64,000 nt of DNA from an uncultured bacterium (GTDB lineage: Bacteria; Desulfobacterota_D; UBA1144; Nemesobacterales; UBA2774): NCBI GenBank assembly GCA_963825135.1, contig CAWGRW010000009.1:896001-960000 (forward strand), written 5' to 3'. The notes under the pieces were generated by a model. That model searched no databases. It saw only the letters and a program-made list of their open reading frames with translations, and was not told where the DNA came from. Below, piece after piece: positions 1 to 12,060 of this stretch (its first letter is position 1; every line of letters begins with the position of its first letter). A program made the translations under genes and the position numbers.

Positions 1-178
1 GGCGCCCGCGTAATGGTCTTTTGATCCGAAGTCGGTTAACAGCGTTATCAAGTTTCTCAAGGCCCTTCGCCCTTTTGGAATATAGTGCTATATTGGTCGA
101 TAATTACAATAACGCAATAAAGCGGAATTGAAAATGAAGCTCGCAAGACCGGGATCGGAAACCTCTCCATATACCCGG

Positions 179-207
179 TTGACAATAAAACACGATGCTG
201 CTTTAAT
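179..207 (+). promoter_or_regulatory. sigma70-like promoter of nitroreductase gene
   Basis: TTGACA (179-184), 17-nt spacer, TTTAAT (202-207); AAGGAGG RBS before ATG 228. Confidence 0.55.
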
Positions 208-227
208 GGGTAAAGGAGGCAACGACA

Positions 228-1109
228 ATGGAACTAATGGAAGCGATTGGTACGAGAAGGAGTATCAGATTCTTCAAGCCGTGGAAGGGGGTCGAGGACT
301 GGAAGATACAGCGCATGCTGCAGGCAGCCAGATACGCGTCCTGCCAGGGGAACTGCGGCTCGACCGAGGCGATAGTGATAGACAAGAAGACATACCCCGC
401 CGAGAAGTTCGAGCAGCTTATCGAATGCGCCTCGACCTTTAACGAGATACAGTTGAGGACTGCCCCTATAGTGATCGCATGGCTTGTCAATATGGACGCC
501 TGGTATAAAGAGCTCGTGGAATCCTTCGCCGTGCTCTTCCCCGCAAGAGCCATCACCGCGGCCCACGGGTGGACCTATAAAATACTTACCGAGACGACCT
601 ATCCGCGCTTGATGAGCTTCCCGCGGGACAGGGCCGAGGACCTGCTCAGGATAGAGGCCGGGCAGGCGATCGCGAATGCCCTTTTAGCGGCGACCGAGCT
701 TGACCTGGGATGCTGCCTCCTCGCAACGGGAAGAAAGCCTGCCGAGTTCCCGAAGGTTCTCGGGGTCCCCGAGAATATCGTCCCCCTCTGGCTCATGGCC
801 GTGGGATATGCGGCAGAAACACCCGGCCAGAGGCCTAGGAAGAGATTCGATAAACTCTATCACTACAACACCTACGGCACCCCGCTTAAGGAAGACCCGG
901 CCGTGAAAGAAACACTGAGAGAGAGCAAGATGATCCAGCCGATGGACCCGCTGCCGGGAAGAGAAGAAGAGCTAAGGCACGTTTGCAGAATGTTCGGGCT
1001 CAGGGAAGACATGCCCGACATGCCAAAAGATAAAATAAGGGCTCTTTACGAAAAGGACTCGATATATTACGGCGAAGTCCCGCCGGGGCTCGAAGAAAAA
1101 GGGGTTTAA
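228..1109 (+). CDS. nitroreductase family protein (extended, atypical)
   Basis: N-terminal MELMEAIGTRRSIR FMN-binding motif; AIANALLAATELDLGCC and LMAVGY...RPRK nitroreductase-fold motifs; strong RBS. Confidence 0.8.
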   Translation: MELMEAIGTRRSIRFFKPWKGVEDWKIQRMLQAARYASCQGNCGSTEAIVIDKKTYPAEKFEQLIECASTFNEIQLRTAPIVIAWLVNMDAWYKELVESFAVLFPARAITAAHGWTYKILTETTYPRLMSFPRDRAEDLLRIEAGQAIANALLAATELDLGCCLLATGRKPAEFPKVLGVPENIVPLWLMAVGYAAETPGQRPRKRFDKLYHYNTYGTPLKEDPAVKETLRESKMIQPMDPLPGREEELRHVCRMFGLREDMPDMPKDKIRALYEKDSIYYGEVPPGLEEKGV

Positions 1110-1145
1110 ACGCGGGCGCTAAGGTACTGGAAGAGGTTTCCTCAT

Positions 1146-2264
1146 TCAGGCTATCGGGCGGTAAAGGAGTCCCATGGCCGACTCCTTTACCTCTTTAACG
1201 CTTATCCCCGCCAGGCACCTCACGCCGTAGGGGCACTTAGGCGTGTATCCGAATTGAGTACAGGGACTGCAGGGCTCGTTCCTGTTAATTGCGATATGAT
1301 TATCCCCCCGGGGGGCCCACTTCTCTTGTATACCCGCTCCGAATAACGACAAGGTCGGGGTTCCGACTCCGAAGGCTATGTGCATAAGCCCCGTATCGCC
1401 TGAAATAAAAAGATCGACCTCCGAAATAACGGCTGCCGTTTCACCGAGCGTGGTTCCCCCGATGTAGTCCAAAAGGTATCCATCTGTACACCGTTTTTTG
1501 AAAATTTCAGAATCGCTCTTTTCCGATTCGCCGCCTACGAGAACGGAGCCGATATTCTCCCTTGAAAGCTTTTCCGCGACCTCGGCGAAATTATTTCCGC
1601 CCCACCTCCTTTCGGGGACAGTAGCGCCTGTAAATATTCCGACAACCGCCCTTTTCCCCTTCCTGAATTCTGATATCGCCGAACTCAGGGTGTCATGCTG
1701 ACCGGAGATTGGAAGAAAGGGTTTTTTCTCGTCGAACTCGTACTTCTCGCCGGTCAGGGAGGAGACCAGATTAAGGAAGCTCACTGCCTCGTAGTCATCG
1801 TGGCTGTAGGGAACTATGCGGCTGTAAAGCCCGGCCCTTTCGTTCGTACCAAATCCGATGCGCTCGGGGGCGCGCGTTAAATAGGTAAGGACGGCCGTCA
1901 TACGGTGCCACTGCTCAGTGTCGATGACGACGTCGTACCCGGCGTTTATCACCCTGTAGAGGGTCTCGCGGGGGAGCCTGTCATAAAGCAAGAGGCCGTC
2001 TATATACGGACATCCTGTGAATACCCCCGAATTCCTTTTCTCGGCCAGCACATCGATCGTATACCCCGGGAAATGGTTTCTCAGCTCTGAAAGCGCGGGA
2101 TAAAGAAGCACCGCATCCCCGATACCGCCCGGCCTTATCACGAGTATTTTACCGGCACCCCCGTCCTTTTTTTTCCGCGGGCTCACCAGCAATTTAGAAA
2201 CAGAGCATGCGATTCCCCCAAGGATACCGTCTAACCTTTTAAGCCCTTTTATCTTCAGGTTCAT
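1146..2264 (-). CDS. glycosyltransferase family 9 (LPS heptosyltransferase-like)
   Basis: ILVIRPGGIGDAVL, FISGDTGLMHIA and LSLFG motifs; C-terminal CSPC..C..C; start taken at ATG 2264. Confidence 0.85.
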   Translation of the reverse strand: MNLKIKGLKRLDGILGGIACSVSKLLVSPRKKKDGGAGKILVIRPGGIGDAVLLYPALSELRNHFPGYTIDVLAEKRNSGVFTGCPYIDGLLLYDRLPRETLYRVINAGYDVVIDTEQWHRMTAVLTYLTRAPERIGFGTNERAGLYSRIVPYSHDDYEAVSFLNLVSSLTGEKYEFDEKKPFLPISGQHDTLSSAISEFRKGKRAVVGIFTGATVPERRWGGNNFAEVAEKLSRENIGSVLVGGESEKSDSEIFKKRCTDGYLLDYIGGTTLGETAAVISEVDLFISGDTGLMHIAFGVGTPTLSLFGAGIQEKWAPRGDNHIAINRNEPCSPCTQFGYTPKCPYGVRCLAGISVKEVKESAMGLLYRPIA

Positions 2265-2456
2265 AACATATATCCGAATATAAGCGGCAGCCGGGATTAC
2301 AAGCAAGTCCACCGCCGATCTCTAGTATAAATCTATAGTTGGGAATAAGGTAGGCGTTAATATCGGCCGGGCGGGTTAACGCCGGGATCAAGGGTACTGA
2401 ATCAATCAGCCGATATAACCGGTTCACCGTATCTAAAGCTCACGGCCGTTATTATC

Positions 2457-3542
2457 TCAGGCTATGGTAATTTCTTTCGAGAGATAAACGTTCTGTACGG
2501 CGTTCAGAATCTGGACACCCTCTTTCATAGGCTTCTGGAACGACTTACGTCCGGTGATAAGGCCCATGCCGCCCGCTCTCTTGTTGATGACGGCCGTCCT
2601 GACGGCCTGCGCGAGGTCGTCCTGTTCCCTGCCCGTGGAAGCGCCGCCGGAATTGATCAATCCCGCGCGGCCCATGTAGCAGTTCACGACCTGATATCTG
2701 GTCAGGTCGATCGGATGGTCGGAGGTGAGCTTCGAGTAAACCTTCGGGTCTGTCTTTCCGTATTTGAGCGCCAGAAAACCTCCGTTATTCTCGGCCTGTT
2801 TCTGCTTAACTATGTCGGCCTCTATGGTCGAGGCCAGGTGGTTTGCCTGTCCTGTGAGGTCGGCCGATAAATCATAGTCCGTTTTTTCAGTTTTAAACGC
2901 GGGGTTCCTGAGGTAGGCCCAGAGCACAGTCGCCAGCCCCAGCGTGTGGGCGTAACTGAATGCCTCCGTGACCTCCTGCAGCTGACGGTCGCTCTCCTCG
3001 GAGCCGAAGTATATGGTAGCCCCGACGGCTACCGCCCCCATCTGAAACGCCTGATCGACGTTCGCGAACATTATCTGATCGAATTTATTGGGGTATGTGA
3101 GCAGTTCGTTGTGGTTGAGCTTGACAAGGAACGGGATCCTGTGCGCGTACTTCCTGGAAACCGCCCCTAATACGCCGAGCGTGGAGGCTACGGCATTGCA
3201 ACCGCCTTCGATTGCGAGCTTCACAATATTCTCGGGATCGAAGTAAATGGGATTCGGAGCGAAGGAAGCCCCGGCCGAGTGCTCTATTCCCTGGTCCACG
3301 GGCAGTATGGATAAATAGCCGGTCCCGGCGAGCCTGCCTGTGTTGTACATCGTCTGCAGGTTCCGCAGCACCGAATTTCCGCGGTCCGATTGAGCATAGA
3401 CCCTGTCGACGAAATCCGGGCCGGGCAGATGAAGCATGTTCCTGGAGACCGTTTTGCACTTATGATCAAGAAGATAACTCGCCTCCTTCCCCAACAGCCT
3501 GACTAAAGAGTCTATCCCTTCTTTTACGTTCGCCTTCGCCAT
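2457..3542 (-). CDS. fbaB: class I fructose-bisphosphate aldolase (DhnA/FbaB type)
   Basis: [50 protein letters not shown]. Confidence 0.93.
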   Translation of the reverse strand: MAKANVKEGIDSLVRLLGKEASYLLDHKCKTVSRNMLHLPGPDFVDRVYAQSDRGNSVLRNLQTMYNTGRLAGTGYLSILPVDQGIEHSAGASFAPNPIYFDPENIVKLAIEGGCNAVASTLGVLGAVSRKYAHRIPFLVKLNHNELLTYPNKFDQIMFANVDQAFQMGAVAVGATIYFGSEESDRQLQEVTEAFSYAHTLGLATVLWAYLRNPAFKTEKTDYDLSADLTGQANHLASTIEADIVKQKQAENNGGFLALKYGKTDPKVYSKLTSDHPIDLTRYQVVNCYMGRAGLINSGGASTGREQDDLAQAVRTAVINKRAGGMGLITGRKSFQKPMKEGVQILNAVQNVYLSKEITIA

Positions 3543-3661
3543 TTTTATGCTCCGTTTATTGATCCCAGGTATGTGATTCTAAAGATAACACGAAATTATT
3601 TGGATGGATAGATTTCGAGCGCCGTAACCGAGTATAAGATTTCCGGCGGGCGGAAGCGGGA

Positions 3662-4882
3662 TTAACTCGCGGCCAGAGAGATCTTTTCTTCTCTGTCGTT
3701 CAATATCGAAATTCCCGGAAGCTCGTCGCCTCCCAGGAATTCCAGAAGCGCGCCGCCCCCCGTGGAGATGTGAGTAATCTCCAGATCGAGGACCTCAGCC
3801 TCTCTTATCGCGGCTATGGTTTCCCCGCCGCCCACTACGGTCGTCGCCCCCCTCCAGGTAGCGAGAGCCACAGACCTTGCGATCTGTGTGGTGCCGGCGG
3901 AAAAATCGCCGATCTCGAAAACCCCCATAGGCCCGCTCCAGAAAATCGAACCCGTGCCCTTTATCAAATGGTTAAACTTTGCGGCGGTCTTGGGTCCGAT
4001 ATCGAATCCCTGCAGGTCGTCGGGTATATCCCCGTCGACGACCATACAATTCTTTCTCCTTTCCAGGCTCCCCGCGACGACGTGATCGACCGGGAGAAAA
4101 ATCTTGTCGCCGTATTTATCGAGGGCTTCCTTCGCCCAGCCCACAAACTCGTCCTCCACGATCGAGCTGCCGATATTTACCCCTTTAGCTTTAAGGAACG
4201 TATATGCGGCCCCTCCCCCCAGAAGCACCTTGTCCGCTTTCTCTATGAGACTCTTTAGGGCGTGAATCTTATCCTTTATCTTGCTCCCCCCGACGATCAC
4301 CAGGAACGGACGGTCCGGGTTCTCACGGAGCCTAGTAAGGAATTTCAACTCCCTGCTTACGAGAAACCCTGCGACCCTTAAATCGAACATGGACGCCATG
4401 CCGTAGGTGGAGGCGTGCTTTCTGTGAGACGTGCCGAACGCGTCGTTAACGTATATATCGGCGTAGGAAGCGAGCTCTTTTGAGAACTCGGGGTCGTTGT
4501 CGGTCTCTTCCTTGTGGAACCTCAGGTTCTCAAGCAGCATGACCTCTCCCGGCTCGAGCGCGCCTAACGCCGCCTTGACCTCGGGTCCTATGACCTTGCC
4601 GTTGAACTTGACCGACTTACCGAGGAGCTCCGACAGCCTCATGGCTATGGGTTTTAACGACAGCTCCGAAACCGCTATTCCCGTGGGCCTCCCCAGGTGC
4701 GAGCCTATTATCACCTTCGCCTTTCTCTCGACGAGATAGTCTATAGTCGGTATGGCCCTTCTGATTCTATAATCCTCGCTTATCTTTCCGTCTCTTATAG
4801 GAACGTTAAAATCCACTCTTACAAATACTCGCTTGCCGTGGAATACTGAATCTGGGAGGTCGGATATCACGAGCTTACTCAT
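3662..4882 (-). CDS. pgk: phosphoglycerate kinase
   Basis: VRVDFNVP, SHLGRP, LLENLRF, YVNDAFG, HISTGGGA; start overlaps gap stop (alternative GTG at 4885). Confidence 0.95.
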   Translation of the reverse strand: MSKLVISDLPDSVFHGKRVFVRVDFNVPIRDGKISEDYRIRRAIPTIDYLVERKAKVIIGSHLGRPTGIAVSELSLKPIAMRLSELLGKSVKFNGKVIGPEVKAALGALEPGEVMLLENLRFHKEETDNDPEFSKELASYADIYVNDAFGTSHRKHASTYGMASMFDLRVAGFLVSRELKFLTRLRENPDRPFLVIVGGSKIKDKIHALKSLIEKADKVLLGGGAAYTFLKAKGVNIGSSIVEDEFVGWAKEALDKYGDKIFLPVDHVVAGSLERRKNCMVVDGDIPDDLQGFDIGPKTAAKFNHLIKGTGSIFWSGPMGVFEIGDFSAGTTQIARSVALATWRGATTVVGGGETIAAIREAEVLDLEITHISTGGGALLEFLGGDELPGISILNDREEKISLAAS

Positions 4883-5889
4883 CACATTTTTTCTCCTATG
4901 AATTCGAGTAAATCGACTACCCTCGATGAGTATCCGTATTCGTTATCGTACCACCCTATTACCTTCACGAGATTCCCGTCGACCACGGATGTCAGCGCCG
5001 AATCGAACACCGCCGAATGCGGGTCGCCTATGAAATCCGAGGATACCAGCTCCTCGTCCGTATACCTCAAATACCCCTTCAGCTCCCCGGAGGCCGCCTG
5101 TTTGAACTTCTCGTTAACCTCTTCGGGGGTCGTATGTTTTTTGACTTCGCACGTGAAATCGACGACCGATACGTCCGCTGTGGGGACCCTCATTGCGACT
5201 GCGCTCAGCTTGCCCTTGAGCTCCGGGAATATGATCTGTATAGCCTTTCCCGCGCCCGTGTCGGTCGGAATTATGGAAAGCGCCGCCGCCCTTGCCCTCC
5301 TCAAGTCCTTGTGCGGGGCATCGAGTATCCTCTGGTCGTTCGTATACGAGTGTATGGTCGTCATCTCGCCCCTCGTGATGCCAAAGCCCTCGTGGAGCAC
5401 CTTCACGATCATCGCGAAGCAGTTCGTCGTGCATGATGCGTTGGAAATAATGTGGTGTTTTGCATTGTCGTAACTCTTTTGATTGGCCCCGAGCACGGTA
5501 GTGAAATCCACTTCCCCCTTGGCAGGTGCCGTAATGACGACCTTCTTCACCGTTTTGCCAAGGTGTACGGAGGCGGCTTCCTTCGTTCTAAATATGCCGC
5601 TCGCATCGGCCACGATGTCGGCCTTTACGTCTTCCCACGGGATATTCTTCGGGTCTTTTTCGGAAAACACCCTGATCGCTTTCCCGTTTACAAGAATATG
5701 GCCGTTCTCGGATTTGACCTCCCCCTTATACGGGCCGAATATGGAATCGTATTTAAAAAGATGCGCGAGGGTCTTCGAATCGGATATATCGTTGATCCCG
5801 ACAAATTCCAGGCCTTTGCGATCGAGCCCTATGCGCAGAATGTGCCTTCCTATCCTTCCGAACCCGTTAATACCGACCTTGATAGACAT
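4882..5889 (-). CDS. gap: type I glyceraldehyde-3-phosphate dehydrogenase
   Basis: GINGFGRIGR, SNASCTTNC, WYDNEYGYS. Confidence 0.97.
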   Translation of the reverse strand: MSIKVGINGFGRIGRHILRIGLDRKGLEFVGINDISDSKTLAHLFKYDSIFGPYKGEVKSENGHILVNGKAIRVFSEKDPKNIPWEDVKADIVADASGIFRTKEAASVHLGKTVKKVVITAPAKGEVDFTTVLGANQKSYDNAKHHIISNASCTTNCFAMIVKVLHEGFGITRGEMTTIHSYTNDQRILDAPHKDLRRARAAALSIIPTDTGAGKAIQIIFPELKGKLSAVAMRVPTADVSVVDFTCEVKKHTTPEEVNEKFKQAASGELKGYLRYTDEELVSSDFIGDPHSAVFDSALTSVVDGNLVKVIGWYDNEYGYSSRVVDLLEFIGEKM

Positions 5890-5947
5890 CTAAAAACCCT
5901 CCGGGACACCCGTTTTTTTTCGTATCACTCAAGAATAAAACCTAAAG

Positions 5948-5976
5948 AAAGTACCCTTTGAAACAATGCGAGTCAA
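5948..5976 (-). promoter_or_regulatory. sigma70-like promoter of gap-pgk operon
   Basis: minus strand TTGACT-17 nt-TACTTT. Confidence 0.45.
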
Positions 5977-6077
5977 GGTATGAGAGAGACTTAAAAACCC
6001 CATATAACTATACCATCGATAAAGGAAAATCTCTAAGAACTTGTATTTGATTCTTTTCCCGTATATTTTCAATCCCT

Positions 6078-7118
6078 ATGGAAAAAAAGAAAGCGGCGAT
6101 ATTGGGCGCGAGCGGGTACACGGGGGGGGAGCTGCTCAGGCTTCTGCTCATGCACCCGCATGTAGAGGTCGCCTACCTCACTGCGGACAAGCACGCGGGG
6201 AGGGAAATGTCTGATGTTTTTCCGCATCTTGGGGGCTTCCTGGACCTAAGGCTCGACCCCCTCGACCCGGGGGCCCTGCCGAAGGACACCGATATCGTAT
6301 TCCTGGCGCTTCCGCACGGGGAATCAGCCAGGGTCGTAAAAGAACTGCACAAGAAAAATCTGAAAATAATAGACCTGGGGGCGGATTTCAGGCTCAGCCA
6401 CGGGGTCTATAAGGACTGGTACGGGGAGCATCCGTGCCCGGAGCTGATAGAGAAAGCTGTGTACGGGCTCCCCGAGATTAACAGGCCGGCGATCAAAGGG
6501 GCTAAATTAATAGCGAATCCGGGCTGCTACCCGACGTCCGCAATACTGGGACTCGCCCCACTCCTCAAAGAAGGGCTAATCGAGGCGGATTCGATAATCG
6601 TCGATTCGAAATCAGGGGTGTCGGGAGCGGGCAGGTCTCCGTCGCTCGATTACCATTTCTGCGAGGTGAACGAGGGCGTAAAGGCGTACAAGGTCGGCGA
6701 GCACCGCCACATGCCCGAGATCGAGGAGGTGCTCTCGGTCTACTCCGGTATCGAGACGAGGGTCTCGTTTACCCCTCACCTGATCCCCATGGACAGGGGG
6801 ATACTCTCGACGATCTATGTAAGACTAAAGAAAAAATTGACTACGGGAGAGATGATAAGCGTATTCAAAGAACATTACGGAGCAGAGAGATTCATTAGGA
6901 TTTCCCCGGAGAAGGTCTATCCGTCTACGTCACAAGTCAGGGGTTCGAATTTCTGCGATATAGGCACGAGGGCCGATCCCGAGAATAAAACCGCTATTAT
7001 AATCTCGGTCATCGACAACCTTGTTAAAGGCGCTTCCGGCGCCGCTGTTCAGAACATGAACCTCATGATGGGATTCGAAGAGTCAGCCGGTCTGGAAGTG
7101 CCGCCCATATTCCCCTGA
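6078..7118 (+). CDS. argC: N-acetyl-gamma-glutamyl-phosphate reductase
   Basis: GASGYTGGEL, IANPGCYPT, SGVSGAGR, DNLVKGASGAAVQNMN. Confidence 0.96.
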   Translation: MEKKKAAILGASGYTGGELLRLLLMHPHVEVAYLTADKHAGREMSDVFPHLGGFLDLRLDPLDPGALPKDTDIVFLALPHGESARVVKELHKKNLKIIDLGADFRLSHGVYKDWYGEHPCPELIEKAVYGLPEINRPAIKGAKLIANPGCYPTSAILGLAPLLKEGLIEADSIIVDSKSGVSGAGRSPSLDYHFCEVNEGVKAYKVGEHRHMPEIEEVLSVYSGIETRVSFTPHLIPMDRGILSTIYVRLKKKLTTGEMISVFKEHYGAERFIRISPEKVYPSTSQVRGSNFCDIGTRADPENKTAIIISVIDNLVKGASGAAVQNMNLMMGFEESAGLEVPPIFP

Positions 7119-7134
7119 GAAGCCTCGACCAATC

Positions 7135-8316
7135 TTAGAGAGCTGAGGAATTCCCGACGCCGGCCCCTCTAATCCTTTCCACGGCACGCGGTATGATTTC
7201 CGCCGCCGCTTCGATTTCTCCGTAATCCGTGAATCTCCCCAGACTGAACCTGACTGATGAAGACGCCTCCCCTCTTGAGAGACCCATGGCCATGAGCACG
7301 TGAGAGGGATCGACCCTGCCTTCCGAGCAGGCGGACCCCGTAGATACCGCTACGCCCTCGAGGTCAAGCGCCATCGAGAGGGAATCCCCATTCACGCCCC
7401 CGATAAATACATTGAGAGTATTCGAGAGAGTTTTGTCCATATCGCCGTTTAGCCCGATGTCGGCGATAGAGGCCGATAATCCTTCCCAGAGCCTGTCCCG
7501 GAGCGACTTTATCCTCTTTTGGTCCCCCTTCATCTCGCTGAGGGCAATCTTGGAGGCCATACCCATGCCCGCAATCGCGGGCACGTTCTCGGTGCCTGAG
7601 CGGCTGCCCCTCTCCTGCCCGCCCCCGTGGATCAGGGGCAGAAGCCGGACACTCTTATTAAGTCCGTCCCTGACATATAGGGCGCCCGCGCCCTTAGGCC
7701 CGTAAAACTTGTGGGCCGACAGGGTCAGAAGGTCGGCTGGAATCTCGTCCATGTTGATATCTATCTTTCCCGCGGCCTGTACGGCGTCCGTATGAAAAAT
7801 AGCCCCTTTCTCCTTTACGATGCGGGCGATCTCGACGATAGGCATAACGGTTCCGGTCTCGTTGTTGGCGTATATGCAGGATACGAGTATCGTCTCGTCG
7901 GAAATCGAGTCCCGGAGCTCGTCAAGGTCGATAATGCCGTAAGCGTCCACGCCAAGATACGTGACACGGAACCCGGACTTCTCTAAAGACCTGCAAGTCT
8001 CGTGCACCGACTCATGCTCGACGCCGGTCGTGATAATGTGGTTGCCCTTTTTCCTTACATCGGCCAGGGCGACGCCCTTGACCGCGTAGTTGCTGCTCTC
8101 GCTCCCGCCGGATGTAAATACGATCTCCCTCGGCTTGGCGTTTATTAGACAGGCGACCTGCTCCCTTGCGCAATCGAGCGCGCCCTTCCCCCTCATACCG
8201 AGCGAGTGGATGCTCGACGGGTTCCCGAAATCGTCCTTGAAATAGGGCATCATCGCTTCAAGCACGCGCGGGTCAACAGGGGTCGTAGCGTTGTAATCGA
8301 GATATATTCTTTTCAT
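7135..8316 (-). CDS. iscS: cysteine desulfurase (IscS/NifS family)
   Basis: IYLDYNATTP, HTDAVQA, SAHKFYGPKG (PLP Lys), STGSACS (catalytic Cys). Confidence 0.9.
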   Translation of the reverse strand: MKRIYLDYNATTPVDPRVLEAMMPYFKDDFGNPSSIHSLGMRGKGALDCAREQVACLINAKPREIVFTSGGSESSNYAVKGVALADVRKKGNHIITTGVEHESVHETCRSLEKSGFRVTYLGVDAYGIIDLDELRDSISDETILVSCIYANNETGTVMPIVEIARIVKEKGAIFHTDAVQAAGKIDINMDEIPADLLTLSAHKFYGPKGAGALYVRDGLNKSVRLLPLIHGGGQERGSRSGTENVPAIAGMGMASKIALSEMKGDQKRIKSLRDRLWEGLSASIADIGLNGDMDKTLSNTLNVFIGGVNGDSLSMALDLEGVAVSTGSACSEGRVDPSHVLMAMGLSRGEASSSVRFSLGRFTDYGEIEAAAEIIPRAVERIRGAGVGNSSAL

Positions 8317-8440
8317 CCGATTCAGGATATTAAGTTTACATCAGCGGGGCGTTATTCGAAATTCGCGAAATATCGGTGAAACGTTTCCGCGTCTTCCTAA
8401 TCCGGGTTTCGAGAAGGTACTCGTATTCGTCTTTCACGAT

Positions 8441-9298
8441 CTAATGAACTCGGCCGCGAGTTTTGAGAGCTTTCTGTCCCTGTGCCATGCGGCAACTACG
8501 GTGCGTCTTCGGGGACTGTCCCTTTATCGGCCTGTAAACGCATTTATTGGAAACGTCCGTCATCACCAGCATCTTGGGTACAAGGGAAACACCGCTTCCG
8601 AATGAAACGCAGTGCTGTATTGTCGACAAATTCCAGGTGCGGCAGACGATATCCGGGTTTATCTGTCTCTCATAGCAGAAATTGTTTATCTGCTCCCCGA
8701 GGCAGTGCTCCTCATCGAGTGCGATGAAAGGAATATCCCTCAGATCCTCGATCGTTACATCATCCAGTTTGGCAAGCTCGTGGCCGGGCGATAAAGCGAG
8801 AACGAGGGGGTCATCAAAAAGGGGCTCCGTCCTGATAAGCTTGTCATCTATAGGGAGGCTCATCACTGCCATCTCTATTTCAAGCCCGATCAGGTTCTTT
8901 ATGAGCCTTTCTGTGAGGTTTTCATGTACGTAGATATGCGCCTTCGGAAACGATTCATAAAACCTTTTAAGGGCGCCGGGCAAAATATAGGGGGCGATCG
9001 TGGGGATTAATCCCACGGACAGCTGACCGGAACCGGAATCGAGGTCTTCGGTAATACCCGATTTAATGTTCCCGGTTTCATTCAGAATCAGCCTCGCTCT
9101 CGGAAGCAGTGCCCTCCCGGCTTCAGTGAGCACGGTGATCCTTCCCAGCCTTTCGAAGAGCCTCTGACCGAGCTCAAGCTCGAGCTTTTTTATCTGCTGG
9201 CTGAGAGAAGGCTGCGCGACGAAGCAGACCCTCGCCGCCTTGCTGAAACCGCCTGTCTCGGCGACAGCGACAAAGTATCTAAGCTGATGAAGCTCCAT
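8441..9298 (-). CDS. oxyR: LysR-family H2O2 sensor OxyR (C-terminus frameshifted near 8510)
   Basis: LysR HTH (MELHQLRYF..FSKAA..VAQPSLSQQI); HCLGEQINNFC matches the OxyR C199-X8-C208 pair; divergent from katG; the canonical tail RTVVAAWHRDRKLS lies in another frame. Confidence 0.85.
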   Translation of the reverse strand: MELHQLRYFVAVAETGGFSKAARVCFVAQPSLSQQIKKLELELGQRLFERLGRITVLTEAGRALLPRARLILNETGNIKSGITEDLDSGSGQLSVGLIPTIAPYILPGALKRFYESFPKAHIYVHENLTERLIKNLIGLEIEMAVMSLPIDDKLIRTEPLFDDPLVLALSPGHELAKLDDVTIEDLRDIPFIALDEEHCLGEQINNFCYERQINPDIVCRTWNLSTIQHCVSFGSGVSLVPKMLVMTDVSNKCVYRPIKGQSPKTHRSCRMAQGQKALKTRGRVH

Positions 9299-9373
9299 TT
9301 ATCTATCCTTACCTAAAGAGGTCCAAAACCTGACCAACTACTGACCGATTTAACGATAAACCAAACCCAATCC

Positions 9374-9421
9374 ATAGGCATTAACTATAGGATATATAGA
9401 ATATCAATATTGGACAACTAT
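9374..9421. promoter_or_regulatory. OxyR binding site
   Basis: ATAG-N7-CTAT-N7-ATAG-N7-ATAT-N7-CTAT at 9374/9385/9396/9407/9418, between oxyR and katG. Confidence 0.8.
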
Positions 9422-9465
9422 GGAGAATTTCGTTTAATGTATAAGTGGGGTTTTTCAAATATTAA

Positions 9466-11733
<2,268 letters not shown>

Positions 11734-11878
11734 TTTCGGTTATTAGAGAAAATGGCCACATTTAACCGGGAGAGGCCGAGGAAGGATATGGAAGACTGTT
11801 TTCGATAAATAAAGCCGCAGGACAAAAGTAAATAAACACGAAGCTTATCATTGCCTCCATCTTGTAACCGGAGCAAAG

Positions 11879-11923
11879 CGGCTATGAAGCCCCTGCCGGG
11901 GGTTTCATAGCCGTTCTTTTTAT
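11879..11923 (+). terminator. intrinsic terminator-like hairpin after katG
   Basis: cggctatgaagcccc / ggggtttcatagccg stem followed by ttcttttt. Confidence 0.6.
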
Positions 11924-12060
11924 CGTTACACATATTCATAGTCCTTACACAAGCTTCATTATCCGCTCTCCGTAAATGAAACCGGTTGTAATCATTGAAA
12001 GATAGAGTATTGACCCGACTCTAAGAATATGTAATTATTAAATTTTGGTGGGTCATTCAA

